64,000 nt of DNA from an uncultured Clostridia bacterium (GCA_934132775.1 CAKPAA010000009.1:7682-71681), one strand, 5' to 3'; shown: positions 9,059 to 23,700, numbered from the stretch's first letter. The notes: generated by a model from the sequence alone, not told the origin. Program-made: numbers and translations.

Positions 9059-11620
9059 GTGTATTTATTCGGAAAAATTACTGTAAAACCACAATTACCT
9101 GAAAGGATTTCGTATTTGTCCAACATAGCAAATAATTTATGGTGGTCTTGGAACACAAACGCGTTACGTTTGTACGATTATATTGATCCAGTTTTGTTTG
9201 CAAAGGTTGGTAAGAATCCAGTAAAATTCCTTTCGAGAATAAATCAAAAAAGATTAGTTGAAGTTTCAAATGATGCAGACTTTTTAAAAGACTACGATTT
9301 AATCGTAGATAATTTTAAATCATACTTAACAACTGAGGATACATATTACAATTCTCATTTTCCAAATAATAAAAATGATGTAATTGCATATTTTTCTGCC
9401 GAGTATGGAATCGATGAAATATTGCCAATTTACGCAGGCGGTCTTGGAATATTATCTGGTGATCATTGCAAATCTGCAAGTGATTTAGGCATACCATTTG
9501 TGCCAATAGGTTTACTATATAAGCAAGGATATTTCCATCAACTTATAAACAAGGACGGCAGTGAAATGTTCGACTACTCCCCTACTTCAATTGAAGATCT
9601 ACCAATAATTCCCGTACTCGATGAAAATGGAAATGATTTAATAATTTCTGTTGAATTTCCAGGAAGAATTGTATATTTAAAAATTTGGAGTATAGACATA
9701 GGAAGAATTAAATTGTACCTTATGGATAGTGATATAAACCTAAATGCACCAACAGATAGAGGGTTAACTCTAAAGCTATATGGTGGTAACCAAGAAATGA
9801 GAATATCTCAGGAAATAATTCTTGGAATCGGTGGAATGACACTTCTTAAAACATTAGGAATATCACCATCATTATATCATATGAATGAAGGACACTCTTC
9901 ATTTGTAACACTAGAAGTAATTAAAAAATTTATGCACGAAAAAAATATATCATTTGATGTTGCAAAAAAGCTTGCTTCAACTTGCACAGTATTTACAACA
10001 CACACTCCAGTTCCTGCTGGAAATGATATATTTCCAATAGATTTAATGGATAGATATTTTTCAAACTACTATAATGAGTTAGGAATAAGCAGAAATGATT
10101 TTCTAAACTTAGGACTAAAAAAAGAAAATGTGCTATCTGACGGTTTCAATATGGCAGTGCTTGCATTAAAAATCGCTGGTGGCAGAAATGGTGTTAGTAA
10201 ACTTCATGGCGAAGTTTCAAGAGGATTATTCTCAGAATTGTGGCCTGAGACAGCTTCTGACGAAGTGCCAATAGATTACGTAACAAACGGAATACACACA
10301 GGCACTTGGCTTGCGCCAACATTAAAAGACTTATACAACGCATATATGCGTCCATTATGGCAAGAAAAACTTTATGATGCAGAAGTTTGGAACGATATAG
10401 ATAATATTCCAGACGACGAACTTTGGAATGCACATATGGTTCAAAAAAATAAGTTAGGTAACCTAATTAGAAAAAATATAAAAGCACAAAAAATGAGACA
10501 CGGAGCATCAATCGAAGAGTTAAATGAAATAGATAAATTGTTTAATCCAGATGTTTTAACAATAGGATTTGCAAGAAGATTTGCAACATATAAACGTGCA
10601 GACTTAATATTTAAAGACCTAGAAAGAATAACAAAGATTATGAACGATCCTAATAGACCTGTGCAAATAGTATTTGCTGGTAAGCCACACCCTGCTGATA
10701 TTCAAGGTCAGGACCTAGTAAAAAGAATTTATGAAATATCTGAAATGCCACAATTTAAAGGAAAAGTTTTCATACTAGAAAACTATAATATGGCAATAGC
10801 TAGATATTTAGTAAGTGGTGTAGATGTTTGGCTTAATAACCCACGTCGTCCACTAGAAGCAAGTGGAACAAGTGGTGAAAAAGCAGGAGTAAACGGAGTT
10901 ATAAACTTCAGCATACTAGATGGTTGGTGGTTCGAAGGATATGATGGAAACAATGGTTGGGCAATTGGAGATGACACTGAGTACACTAACTATGAATTAC
11001 AAGATAATGCAGACTCTCAAAGCATTTACGATATTCTTGAAAACGAAATCATACCGCTATATTACTCAAAAGGCGAAGAAAAATTAAATACAAAATGGAT
11101 TAAAAAGATGAAAGCATCAATAAAAACAGTCGGCGGTGTTTATAATACAGGTAGAATGTTAGTCGACTACCTAAACAAACTATATATGCCACAGGTAAAC
11201 AGATTCGATAATTTAAAAGACAACACAAATAAAATAAAAGATTATTTGGCTTGGGAACAAGATACAAGAACAAAATGGTATCAAATAAAAATAACACCAA
11301 CAACCGAATTAGACGATTTAATAGTTGGTGCAGGAAACAATATAAAAATGAAATGTGATGTATTTTTAAATGGAATTGATCCAAATAGTGTAATGGTAGA
11401 AGTATACTGTGGAAAACTTGACGAACAAGGCAAAATGGTAGATAGTATATGTTCAGAAATGACGCTATCAAACACAATTGGAGAATCAACTTATGAATAT
11501 TCAAGCGATTTAGTGATAGACGACGGTGGAAATTATGGCTACACATTTAGAGTCTTACCAAAACACGAACTAATTATTAACAAACAAGACTTATCATTAT
11601 GCAAATGGCTAACAAACTAA
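9059..11620 (+). CDS. glgP: alpha-glucan phosphorylase (GT35, maltodextrin/glycogen phosphorylase-like with DUF3417 N-terminus)
   Basis: 853-aa ORF. The N-terminus LSNIANNLWWSWN and the body are characteristic of the alpha-glucan phosphorylase family. Confidence 0.85.
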   Translation: MYLFGKITVKPQLPERISYLSNIANNLWWSWNTNALRLYDYIDPVLFAKVGKNPVKFLSRINQKRLVEVSNDADFLKDYDLIVDNFKSYLTTEDTYYNSHFPNNKNDVIAYFSAEYGIDEILPIYAGGLGILSGDHCKSASDLGIPFVPIGLLYKQGYFHQLINKDGSEMFDYSPTSIEDLPIIPVLDENGNDLIISVEFPGRIVYLKIWSIDIGRIKLYLMDSDINLNAPTDRGLTLKLYGGNQEMRISQEIILGIGGMTLLKTLGISPSLYHMNEGHSSFVTLEVIKKFMHEKNISFDVAKKLASTCTVFTTHTPVPAGNDIFPIDLMDRYFSNYYNELGISRNDFLNLGLKKENVLSDGFNMAVLALKIAGGRNGVSKLHGEVSRGLFSELWPETASDEVPIDYVTNGIHTGTWLAPTLKDLYNAYMRPLWQEKLYDAEVWNDIDNIPDDELWNAHMVQKNKLGNLIRKNIKAQKMRHGASIEELNEIDKLFNPDVLTIGFARRFATYKRADLIFKDLERITKIMNDPNRPVQIVFAGKPHPADIQGQDLVKRIYEISEMPQFKGKVFILENYNMAIARYLVSGVDVWLNNPRRPLEASGTSGEKAGVNGVINFSILDGWWFEGYDGNNGWAIGDDTEYTNYELQDNADSQSIYDILENEIIPLYYSKGEEKLNTKWIKKMKASIKTVGGVYNTGRMLVDYLNKLYMPQVNRFDNLKDNTNKIKDYLAWEQDTRTKWYQIKITPTTELDDLIVGAGNNIKMKCDVFLNGIDPNSVMVEVYCGKLDEQGKMVDSICSEMTLSNTIGESTYEYSSDLVIDDGGNYGYTFRVLPKHELIINKQDLSLCKWLTN

Positions 11621-11697
11621 CACATCTTCGTGGATAACTAAATGGTTTATAGGTAAATCCAAGAAAAAACTAATATAAATTTATAAAAAGAAAGGAG

Positions 11698-13182
11698 ATG
11701 TATGCTGTATTTAAAGTGTTAAATATGGTATACAAAGAAAAAATGAAACGCACAAAAATCGTATGTACTTTAGGACCAGCTGTTGATGATGCTGCAACAC
11801 TTGCAAGAGTTTGCACTGCCGGAATGGATGTTGCAAGATTTAATTTTTCACACGGCGACTACTTAGATCAACAAAAAAGAATAGACTTGTTTAAAAGTGT
11901 AAGAGATGAATTAAAATTACCAATAGCAATGATGCTAGACACAAAAGGTCCAGAAATAAGAATAGGCACTTTTAAAAACGGAGAAGCGTATATAAAAGAT
12001 GGGGCACACTTTACTTTAATGCACGATAACTGCGATGGAGACGAAGAAAAAGTATATGTAAATTACGAAACTTTATATGCAGAAGTAATACCAGGTGCAA
12101 CAATACTAATAAATGATGGAATAATAGAACTAAAAGTAGAAGAAATAAAAGATAAAAACATAGTATGCTTAGTTACACACGGTGGAAAATTAACAAATAG
12201 AAAAAGTGTAAATATACCAGGATTATCACTAAATTTTCCTCTAATGACCGAAAAAGATAAAGCGGACATCACATTTGGAGTTGAAAATAACTTCGATATA
12301 ATCGCAGCATCATTCGTTAGAAAAGCGGATGATATACTAGCAATCAAAAACTTACTAAAAGACTTGAACGCACCACAAATAAGCATCATAGCCAAAATAG
12401 AAAACCAAGAAGGCGTAGACAACTTCGATGAGATACTAGATGTAGCAGACGGAATAATGGTAGCACGTGGAGATTTAGGCGTTGAAATACCAATGGAAAA
12501 AGTTCCATCAATACAAAAAATGTTCATTAGAAAATGTAACGAAAAAGGAAAAATAGTAATAGTAGCAACACAAATGTTAGAGTCAATGACAACATCGCCA
12601 AGACCAACAAGAGCCGAAGTAAACGACGTAGCAAATGCAGTATATGACGGAGCAACAGCAGTAATGCTTTCAGGCGAAGTTGCAGCAGGAAACTTCCCAG
12701 TTGAATGTGTAAAAATGATGCACCAAATAACAAAAACAGTCGAGAATGAAATAGACTATTGGGGCAACTTCTGCAAATTCGACGACAAAACATTGATAGG
12801 AAACAAAAACAACTTAATAGTTGGACATTCACTATGCGAACTTGCAATGCAATCAAATGCAAAAGCAATCTTCTCGCTATCATCAGGAGGCCACACACCA
12901 CAAGCAATAGCATCATTTAAGCCAAAATGTCCAATATTTGCAATAACACCAAACATATCAACAGCAAGAAGATTAAATGCAGTTTGGAATGTAACTCCAA
13001 TAGTAGTTGAAGAAAAAGAAACAGAAGTTGAAATGATAAAAGAGGGCTTAGAATACGCAAAAGAAAACAACTACATCTTCGATGACGATATAGTTGTAAT
13101 TGGCGAAAGCGACACATACACAAGATCTAATTTACTAGGTGCAAAGCATACTAAAAAAGTTGGAGGAATATATCAACTATAA
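11698..13182 (+). CDS. pyk: pyruvate kinase (no C-terminal PEP-utilizer domain)
   Basis: MKRTKIVCTLGP...MLDTKGPEIR motifs. The true start may be ATG 11743, because the RBS abuts ATG 11698. Confidence 0.9.
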   Translation: MYAVFKVLNMVYKEKMKRTKIVCTLGPAVDDAATLARVCTAGMDVARFNFSHGDYLDQQKRIDLFKSVRDELKLPIAMMLDTKGPEIRIGTFKNGEAYIKDGAHFTLMHDNCDGDEEKVYVNYETLYAEVIPGATILINDGIIELKVEEIKDKNIVCLVTHGGKLTNRKSVNIPGLSLNFPLMTEKDKADITFGVENNFDIIAASFVRKADDILAIKNLLKDLNAPQISIIAKIENQEGVDNFDEILDVADGIMVARGDLGVEIPMEKVPSIQKMFIRKCNEKGKIVIVATQMLESMTTSPRPTRAEVNDVANAVYDGATAVMLSGEVAAGNFPVECVKMMHQITKTVENEIDYWGNFCKFDDKTLIGNKNNLIVGHSLCELAMQSNAKAIFSLSSGGHTPQAIASFKPKCPIFAITPNISTARRLNAVWNVTPIVVEEKETEVEMIKEGLEYAKENNYIFDDDIVVIGESDTYTRSNLLGAKHTKKVGGIYQL

Positions 13183-13323
13183 AAGAGTTAACGGCACTAT
13201 GAACATCTCTCTCCTAAAATTAAGTTGCTCTCAAAGTTAATAATAATGTATGTAGAAATTTTTTAATAGTTTCAAATGACTGTAAAGAAATAAGCTTTAC
13301 AGTCATTTTTGTTAATTTAAACA

Positions 13324-14553
13324 TTATCTTTCATCTAGTAACCAATCTAATGCATTTATTTTCTTTATGCCATCAAAATCAGCATCTAAATCTTCATCTA
13401 ATGTCAATATATATTTAGGGTAATTATCGTTTATTTTTTTCAAAGGTGCTAATTCTCTCTCTAAAATTTTATTATCGTCTTCACTTCTTGTTGTTAAAGC
13501 CACTTGGTAATATTCAGTATTTTCAGGCTTTTTAGCAACGAAATCAACTTCTAAATCATCGTACTTTCCTATATACACATCATAGCCTCGTCTCAAGAGC
13601 TCCAAATAAATAATATTTTCTAATATGTGTCCCATATCTTTACCAGATTCTTGACCAAGCATATAATATCTAAGTCCAATATCAACAGCATAATACTTCT
13701 CTTGTGTTTTTAAAAATTCCTTTCCTTTTATATCATATCTGCTGGCCCTAAATATTAAATAACTATCGATTAAAGCTTCAACATAATTGGATATCGTATT
13801 ATACGAATAATTTTTGTCTATCCCTTCTAAATTATTACTTATACCTTTCAAACTTGTTCTATTTCCAATATTATCATAAAGATATTTAGCTGTTCTTTCC
13901 AGCATAGTTTTATCAGTTATACCCTTTCTTTGCATTACATCTTTGAATAAGACAGTATTATATATTCCATCCAAAAACATTTTTATATTTTCTGGATTGA
14001 TTCTATACAATTCAACAGCTTGTGGAAACGAGCTATATCTCAAATAATTTCTAAATTTTCTTGAAATGTCCGTTTTATCATTAAAACTTGACATATACTC
14101 TTTAAAAGACAAAGGCAACATCTTTATTTCAATGTATCTTCCTGTTAATAATGTGGCTAATTCTGACGATAACAGATACGCATTCGAGCCTGTTATATAC
14201 AAGTCAACATCTTTATTTATAAATAAGCTATCCACTGTTTTTTCAAATTCTTTTACATTCTGTATCTCATCTAAAAAAACATATGTTTTTTTACCTTTAA
14301 CCAACTTACTTTTTATATACTTATATAATTCTTTTCTATCTTGAAGCTCCTCATAATCAGCATCTTCAAAATTTATAGATATTATCTGTTCACCAGATAT
14401 TCCGTTGTCTTTCAAATAATCTTGAAAAATTTCCAGTAAAGTAGATTTTCCGCACCTTCTTATACCAGTAATAACTTTTATTATTTGTTGGTCTTTAAAG
14501 TTTTTCAGTATGTTCAAATAATTGTCTCTCTGTATTCTCTCCATAAACACCAC
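13324..14553 (-). CDS. AAA+ ATP-binding protein with DUF4143 (COG1373 family)
   Basis: Walker A GIRRCGKST near the N-terminus and a 409-aa length typical of this family. Confidence 0.8.
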   Translation of the reverse strand: MVFMERIQRDNYLNILKNFKDQQIIKVITGIRRCGKSTLLEIFQDYLKDNGISGEQIISINFEDADYEELQDRKELYKYIKSKLVKGKKTYVFLDEIQNVKEFEKTVDSLFINKDVDLYITGSNAYLLSSELATLLTGRYIEIKMLPLSFKEYMSSFNDKTDISRKFRNYLRYSSFPQAVELYRINPENIKMFLDGIYNTVLFKDVMQRKGITDKTMLERTAKYLYDNIGNRTSLKGISNNLEGIDKNYSYNTISNYVEALIDSYLIFRASRYDIKGKEFLKTQEKYYAVDIGLRYYMLGQESGKDMGHILENIIYLELLRRGYDVYIGKYDDLEVDFVAKKPENTEYYQVALTTRSEDDNKILERELAPLKKINDNYPKYILTLDEDLDADFDGIKKINALDWLLDER

Positions 14554-14782
14554 TCCTATCTACATTTATTATAATATATTATAATAATATATTCAAGTTT
14601 TTTCAAAATTTTGAAAAAACTTCTGATTTTCGCATACTTTTTTCATTGCTTTGAAAAAACTTTTAGTTATTACCTACTTTTTATTTTTTAATAAACCTTC
14701 ATTTTCTATACAAATAAGCAAAAAGAAAGAGTATCTTTTAGCAAAATGTTGTTAAAAGTACTCTTTCTTTAATTTCAGTATT

Positions 14783-17700
14783 TTATGGCTTTATTGTTAA
14801 TCTAAACGTGTTGTATTTTTCTGTGCTATTAGTGTCTAAATTATCTGTATCTAACATTCCTGTTGTTTTTGTATAGACACCCGTTACATTGCTATTCATA
14901 TAACTGCCATTTGACGTTGCTACATTTTCAGTTGCAGGAGTTTCATTCAAAATTCCTTTTGTATCTATTGATGATGTCTTTGCTGATGCTCCTAAAACTT
15001 GTGCAACATCAAGATCTTTTCCAGTTGCCACATTTACCTTAGTATTGCTTCTTGTTCCATAATATTGTTCAACTTTATTGCCAACCAAAGCCTTACTATT
15101 CGACATACCTTCTGCCAATGAACAAGCCTCACTTACTGTTACATTTATTGGCGAAGTGCTTTCCTTAGCAGTTCTAATGTAGAAATTCTTCGTATATATT
15201 GGAGCTTGTACTGTTACTGACAACATAACTTGTTTATCACTTTCAAATTCAAAAGTTTTATCCACTAACATATCTTTGCCCTCTGCTATTCTTGTTGTAA
15301 TCTTTGTAGCATAATACTTCGTGTCAAAAGTTATTCCGTCATCTTCATACTGTTCAGGTGATTTAATTCTGACAGGTATGTCAGATTCAAACACAATCTT
15401 TGCTCCCTCAAAATATGTTGCATTGTACTTTTGGTAGCTAATTGCAGGTGCTTTATTTATAATTGTTGAAACATTTATTTTATCTGATACAACATTTCCA
15501 AGTTCGTCCTCAACCTCAAAATTATACACACCATTTACAAGCACTTTATACCTTAATGTTACAGTCATTTCATAGTTTTCCTTAGTCAATGTTCCAGCAT
15601 ATTCTGATCTATCTATCACAACATTATTGACACTAATTCTAGATATAGTATTTACAGATTTAATAATTGCAGTTATTTCAACTTCATCAATAGCCACTTG
15701 CTTTTGTTCAAATCTAATAGTTGGCTTTCTGTTAATGTCTCCGACAACCGTATCATATTTGTTAACCGTTTTATCAGTAACATCTGCAAAAGTTGCTGTT
15801 ATATAATTTTTCTTTGAAGCCGTAACTTCAACATAAATATACTTTCCTATGTCTGCATATTCTGGAACATACTTAGAAGCTGTTGCACCACCTATTGCTG
15901 TTCCACCAGTTGTTATTCCATCGCTATTCGTATACCACTTGTAGCTAAAACTACAACCAGTTGGAATTATTCCAGAAGTATCAACACTTAAAGTTTCTCC
16001 ACATTTATTGATGCCGTTAATTGTAACATATCCTGCCATTGGTGCAGGAGTTATATCAAATAGCACTGACTTGCTGCCTTCATACATTCCTTTACCTGTT
16101 ATTGTTACTGAACCTTTTCCAACATCAAAATTTGGTCCATAGCTAACTTCATAGTCTACACCCTTCGTTAAAACTGTTTCACCATCTTTTACTATCTCTT
16201 TTGGTTTAATCTGCTTATTTTCAAATATATATGTGTACTTTCCTAATTCAACCGTTACTTCGTCTATATCAGCCTTGTCAACATCAACTTCCTTAGCTAA
16301 ACTTACATTACCAACAGCATCCTTAGCCCAAATATAATACTTGCCTAATGCATTAGGAGTGTATTTTACTGTAACTTCTTTTGCAGTTGTAACACTTGTC
16401 CAGCCGGAAGTTGGTTCTGTATTAGTTGTTGTAACCTGCCAAGCTGAAACTCCAGAACCTGCATCTTTTAATGTTATTGAAAACTCTTTGTTTCTCATAA
16501 GCTTACCAGAATATTCAATGCTTGGTGCAGTGTTATCTAGATTGTAGATTCTTAATTGCTCAACTGTTTCATTTCCAGCTGCGTCAATTATATATACATT
16601 TGCTGTTACAAATCCATAAACATCACCTGTAAATATGTATTCCCTTATATTCTTTATTGGATTTGTTGACGTATCTCTATCTGTTACTCCATAAATATCT
16701 TTAAATCCATTAGCATCTTGGAACTTAATTCTAGCAATTTGACTTCCTTCATCTGTCGCAATAATTGTAAAGTCTTTTGTCTTACTCCATCCTGTTGCAG
16801 TTGCCCAAGCACCAGTTGAATCTAATTGATTTGCCTTGCTTACACTTGGTTTCACACTATCTACTTTTGAAACTGTAATTGTTTTTATTGTAGTATTTCT
16901 AAGTGTATCCGCAACAGTTATTTCATACTCTTTTCCAAGTTCATCTGCTCCGATATTTGGTGCAAATTCAAGAGAGTATGCCCTTGTTGTGCTGTCCACA
17001 GAGGCCGTTCCAGTATACACAGTAGATCCAGTAGCTTTATCTTTCATCGTTATATTGACAGATGAACAATAATTTTCTGTGCCTGAGACTGTAAGTGTGT
17101 AGTTAGTGTTCCAATCACTTGAAGATGATTCAATAGATGATATATCACTAATTTCAGGAGCTATACCATCTGGATTTAAATGTACAGCATTCAAAAAAGT
17201 ATAGCCTATTCCATTTGAGTCTTCTCCAGAAATTACATATTGTACAACAACAGTTTCTTGTATTTCTGGTTTCGCCGAACCTTCTAAATGGTAATATATT
17301 GTATTATTATCAACTGTATAATAGCTGTTTGTAATATCGCCATAGTTAGGATTATAAAAACTTACTATTGTATTTGTAATATTTGCTAGTGTTACAGTAT
17401 ATGTTAATTTCATGTCAATATAAAATTTTGTTTCATCGTAAGTAATTGTATATGTTTGATTTTCAACCAATTCTTTTCCACACGCCGTGCACTCTGTTCC
17501 CCAAAAAGTATTATTAGTAAAGTTATACGAATTACTCGTTTGATGCGCATCTCCAGGTATATAAGCTCCACAAACAGAACAAATTCCTGAAACTCCCGTA
17601 GAACATCCCAAAATTCCATTTTCATTATAATGCTTCTCCGGCGTTCCTCCATAATTTAAGCAATCTCTACAATCCTTTACGTGATATGCTAAATTTCCAT

Positions 17701-20700
17701 TCATAAATATATTATGAGTTCTATAATTATCTGTCTTATAACTCCAACCACATTCACAGGTGTGTACCAATTTATTAGAAGGACTACAACTCTCTCCCAT
17801 TGTCCAATACTCTTTTGTATATGTATGCGCAACTTTTTCTCCAATTACTTTCTGGCAAACTTTACATTCTTGCCAATGGTAATTTTCATTATACTTATCT
17901 ATTGCGTAGTCACTACAATTATGGTTTTCACTTGCACCATATGGATTTATTCCTGTAACATCAACCGTTGTCTTTCCGATATATATCAAGAAAGTAACTT
18001 CTTTTGTTCCTGTATATGCACCTTTACAGGTTATAATAACTGTTGCAACACCTGGTTCTACATTATCGATATACGAAATATCATAATCAGTTCCTTCTTT
18101 TAATGTCATTCCGCCATCTTTTACCGTTGGTTTAGGAGTTATTTCAAAACCAGTGTATTCGAACTTGTCATTTGGCAGTGTCACTTCAAGTTCTGAAACA
18201 TCTGTTTTATTGGCATCAAAATATTTAACCTCATTAACATTTCCAACCGCATCTTTTGCCCAAATATAATATCTTCCTAATGTTGTTGGAGTGTATGTAA
18301 TAGTTAATCTATTAACCGCTGTAACATTGTTCCAATTGCTATCATTTTCACTTGGTGCTGTATCACTTCTTGTAATTTGCCATCCAACTATTCCCGAGCC
18401 ACTATCTTTTAAAGTAATAGTTGTTGGCTGGTTTTTAACCACTTCTAATTTGCATTCAATAGTTGGCGCAATATTGTCCAAATTATATATTTTTAACTGC
18501 TCAACTGCTTCATTTCCAGCCTCATCAACTAAATATACATTTGCTGTTACAAAACCTTTTACATTTCCAGTAAAGGTATATTCTCTTTTGTTTAAAGCTG
18601 GTGTTACAGATGTATCTATTTCAGTTATTCCATAATCATCGACAAATCCATTTGCATCCTGAAATTTAATTTTTGCAATATTACTTCCCTCATCCGTCGC
18701 AATAATTGTAAAATCTTTTATCTTACTCCAATTAGTTGCAGTTGTCCAAGCACCAGTTGAATCCAATTGATTTGTCTTATTCACACTTGGTTTCACACTA
18801 TCTACTTTTGAAACAGTAATTGTTTTTGTTGTAGTATTTCCAAGTATATCCGCAACAATTATTTCGTACTCTTTTCCAAGTTCGTCTGCTCCGATATTTG
18901 GCGCAAACTCAAGAGAGTACGCTCTCGTTGTGCTGTCCACGGAAGCACTGCCAGTGTATACAGTAGATCCAGTAGACTTATCTTTCATTGTTATATTAAC
19001 AGATGAGCAATAATTTTCTGTACCTGAAATTATAATCTTTAAGTTCTTTGCCCAACCATTGCTTTCATTTGTTGAATTGATGTCAAGTGAATTTACTGTT
19101 GGTGCAATAACTTCTGGTAACAAACTAGCATATATACCAATATTACTTTGTACATCACTTCCACCATAATTTATATATGCATTAAACAATACAAATTGTT
19201 GTATCGTTTCAATACCATCATTATATTTACAGTCTGTTGATATAGTTATGATGTTATCATTTAATGTATAATCAAAACTCTCACTAGTTCCAACTGTATC
19301 ATTATAAAAGCGTGATGTATTTATAAGAACACAATTGGTTGCATTTTTCATTAGTACAATTTTAGCTTCTAGAGACATCTTTCCGTCTGAACCACGAACT
19401 ATATTTAAAGTTGAATTATCTATATCTATAATTTTTTCTCCACATCCATCGCAAGTTCCTGCATTATATGAACCAGTTAATCCATTATATGTTGTACCAA
19501 CAGAATGTCCACTAGCAACCCAACTTCCACATATAGCACAATTTCCAGCTTTTCCTGTGACGCAACTTAATACATTATTATCTTTATCTACGTGCTGTTC
19601 AGCAGTTCCAATAAAATCTCTACAATCTTTACATTCTTTTATATGAATAAAATTATTAGCTGAGTACCCAATATTTTTATGTTCTCTCGTGTTCTCAGTT
19701 TCATAAGTATAACCACAACTACATATATGTACAAGCTTATTATTTGAACTACAGCTATCTCCCATTGTCCAATATTCTTTTGTATACGTATGTGCAACTT
19801 TTTCTCCAATTACTTTCTGACAAACTTTACATTCTTGCCAATGGTAATTCTCATCATACTTATCTATTGCATAATCACTGCAATTATGATTTTCACCAAC
19901 ACCATATGGATTTATTCCCGTAACATCTATTATTGTTCTATCAACATATATTAAAAATGTAACTTCTTTTGTTCCAACATATGAGCCTTTTCCTGTTATA
20001 ATAACTGTTGCAACTCCAGACTCAGTATTTTCTTTATATGAAACTTCATAATCTGCATCTTTTATTAACTTGCTTGTTCCATCTTTTACTGCTGGCTCTG
20101 GAGTTATTCCTATACCTGTATACTTATATTTCTCGTTTGGTAATGTCACTGTAAGTTCTGAAACATCTGTCTTATCAGCATTGAAATATTTAACTTCATT
20201 AATATTTCCAGCTACATCTTTTGCCCAAACGTAATATCTTCCTGATGTTGTTGGAGTATATGTAATAGTTAGTTCTCTAACTGTTGTAACGTTATTCCAA
20301 TTACTATCATTTTCACTTGGTGCCGTATCACTCCTTGTAACTTGCCATCCAACTATTCCCGCTCCACTATCTTTTAAAGTAATTGTCATCGGTTGGTTTT
20401 TAACCCCTTCTAATTCGCATTCAATAGTTGGTTTGGTATTATCTAAATTATATATTCTTAACTGTTCAACTGTTTCATTTCCAGCTGCATCAACTAAATA
20501 TACATTTGCTGTTACAAAACCTTTTACATTTCCAGTAAAGGTATATTCTCTTTTGTTTAAAGCTGGTGTTACAGATGTATCTATTTCAGTTATTCCATAA
20601 TCATCAACAAATCCATTCGCATCTTGAAATTTAATTTTTGCAATATTGCTTCCCTCATCAGTCGCAATAATTGTAAAATCTTTTATCTTACTCCAATTAG

Positions 20701-23700
20701 TTGCAGTTGCCCAAACTCCAGTTGAATCTAATTGATTTGTTTTGTTCACAGTTGGCTTTGCACTATCTACTTTTGAAACTGTAATTGTTTTTGTTGTAGC
20801 ATTTCTAAGTATATCCGCAACAGTTATTTCATACTCTTTTCCAAGTTCGTCTGCTCCGATATTTGGTGCAAATTCAAGAGAGTATGCTCTTGTTGTACTG
20901 TCCACAGAGGCCGTTCCAGTATACACAGTAGCTTTTGTTGCTTTATCCTTCATTGTTATATTAACTGATGAACAATAATTTTCTGTGCCCGTAATTTTAA
21001 TTAAGCAGTTGGTACTCCAACCGTCTTTTATCAATAATTTTTTAACATCTATATTTTCTATAACTGGTTTTACATTTTCAGGAGCTACATTAAAGTTTTC
21101 TGTTATATGCCAAGCAGCTCCATCGGCAGTTTTTGCTTTAATTCCAACTGACATATGAACAGAATTTTCTACCCCACTATTTGCCTTAAATTCACCTTCA
21201 ACAATTGTTTTACCATCTCGTGTACTAATTTTTTTATTTACAATAGTACCTAAATTAGGGACAATCCAGTATGTATCACTTATATCTACAAATTCACGTG
21301 CAGGCACAAACTCTATTTTAGCCTTCCAATATCCATCTTCAATATACTCAATTGCATAATTGTCTACTGTTCCTATTGCTTGCCCACAATTCTTACATTT
21401 GAACTCTCCATTTTTTGCCCAACCAGAATTTGTGTGATATGCAATAGTTAAATTGCCATTACATATCGCACATTTTCCTAAATTGCTACAAGATAATGTA
21501 TTTCCATTTTCATCAACACACTTTTCACTAAATCCTGTTTCTCCACACTTTTTACAAGATTTGTGATGAAAATATTCATATGTATTTGTAACTAGCCCAT
21601 CACCATATGTGTGTTCTCTTGTATTTTCACTACTATATTGATAACCACAACTACATATATGAACTTGCTTGTTATATCTAGAACAACTTTCACCCATTGT
21701 CCAATACTCTTTTGTATATGTATGTGCAACTTTTTCTCCAATTACTTTCTGACAAACTTTACACTCTTGCCAATGGTAATTTTCATTATACTTATCTATT
21801 GCGTAGTCACTACAATTATGGTTTTCACTTGCACCATATGGATTTATTCCTGTAACATCAACCGTTGTCTTTCCGATATATATCAAGAAAGTAACTTCTT
21901 TTGTTCCTGTATATGCACCTTTACCAGTTATAATAACTGTTGCAACACCAGACTCAGTATTTTCTTTATATGAAACTTCATAATCTGCATCTTTTATTAA
22001 CTTGCTTGTTCCATCTTTTACTGTTGGCTCTGGAGTTATTCCTATACCTGTATACTTATATTTCTCGTTTGGTAATGTCACTGTAAGCTCTGAAACATCA
22101 GTTTTATCCGCATTAAAATATTTAACTTCACTAATATTCCCAGCTCCATCTTTTGCCCAAATATAATATCTTCCCGATGTTGTTGGAGTATATGTAATAG
22201 TTAGTTCTCTAACTGTTGTAACGTTATTCCAATTACTATCATTTTCACTTGGTGCCGTATCACTCCTTGTAACTTGCCATCCAACTATTCCCGCTCCACT
22301 ATCTTTTAAAGTAATTGTCATCGGTTGGTTTTTAACCCCTTCTAATTCGCATTCAATAGTTGGTTTGGTATTATCTAAATTATATATTCTTAACTGTTCA
22401 ACTGTTTCATTTCCAGCTGCATCAACTAAATATACATTTGCTGTTACAAAACCTTTTACATTTCCAGTAAAGGTATATTCTCTTTTGTTTAAAGCTGGTG
22501 TTACAGATGTATCTATTTCAGTTATTCCATAATCATCGACAAATCCATTTGCATCCTGAAATTTAATTTTTGCAATATTACTTCCCTCATCCGTCGCAAT
22601 AATTGTAAAATCTTTTATCTTACTCCAATTAGTTGCAGTTGTCCAAGCACCAGTTGAATCCAATTGATTTGTCTTATTCACACTTGGTTTCACACTATCT
22701 ACTTTTGAAACAGTAATTGTTTTTGTTGTAGTATTTCCAAGTATATCCGCAACAATTATTTCGTACTCTTTTCCAAGTTCGTCTGCTCCGATATTTGGCG
22801 CAAACTCAAGAGAGTACGCTCTCGTTGTGCTGTCCACGGAAGCACTGCCAGTGTATACAGTAGATCCAGTAGACTTATCTTTCATTGTTATATTAACAGA
22901 TGAGCAATAATTTTCTGTGCCTGAAATCGTAATCTTTAAGTTCTTTGCCCAACCATTGCTTTCATTTGTTGCATTTGTGTCAATTGAATTTACTATTGGT
23001 GCAATAACTTCAGGTAACAAACTAGCATATATACCAATATTACTTTGCACATTACTTCCATCATAATTTATATATGCATTAAACAATACAAATTGTTGTA
23101 TCATTTCAATATCATTGTTATATTTACAGTCTGTTGATATAGTTATGATATTATCATTTAATGTATAATCAAAACTCTCACTAGTTCCAACATTATCATT
23201 ATAAAAACGTGGTTTATTTATAATAACACAATTGGTTGCATTTTTCATTAGTACAATTTTAGCTTCTAGAGACATCTTTCCATCTGAGCCACGAACTATA
23301 TTTAAAGTTGATTTATCTATATCTATAATTTTTTCTCTACATCCATCACAAATTCCTGCATTATATGAATGAGTTAATTCATTATACGTTGTACCAACCG
23401 AATGTCCAGCAGAGACCCAACTTCCACATATAGCACAAGTTCCAGATTTTTTAGTAACACAACTTAAGACATTATTGTTTTGATCTACGTGCTCTTCCAT
23501 AGTTCCAACAAAATCTCTGCAATCTCTACATTCCTTTATATGAATAATATTATTAGCTACGTATCCCACATTCTTATGTTCTCTCGTATTCTCCGTTTCA
23601 TAAGTATATCCACAACTACAAATATGTACAAGTTTATTATTTGCACTACAACTATCTCCCATTGTCCAATACTCTTTTGTATATGTATGCGCAACTTTTT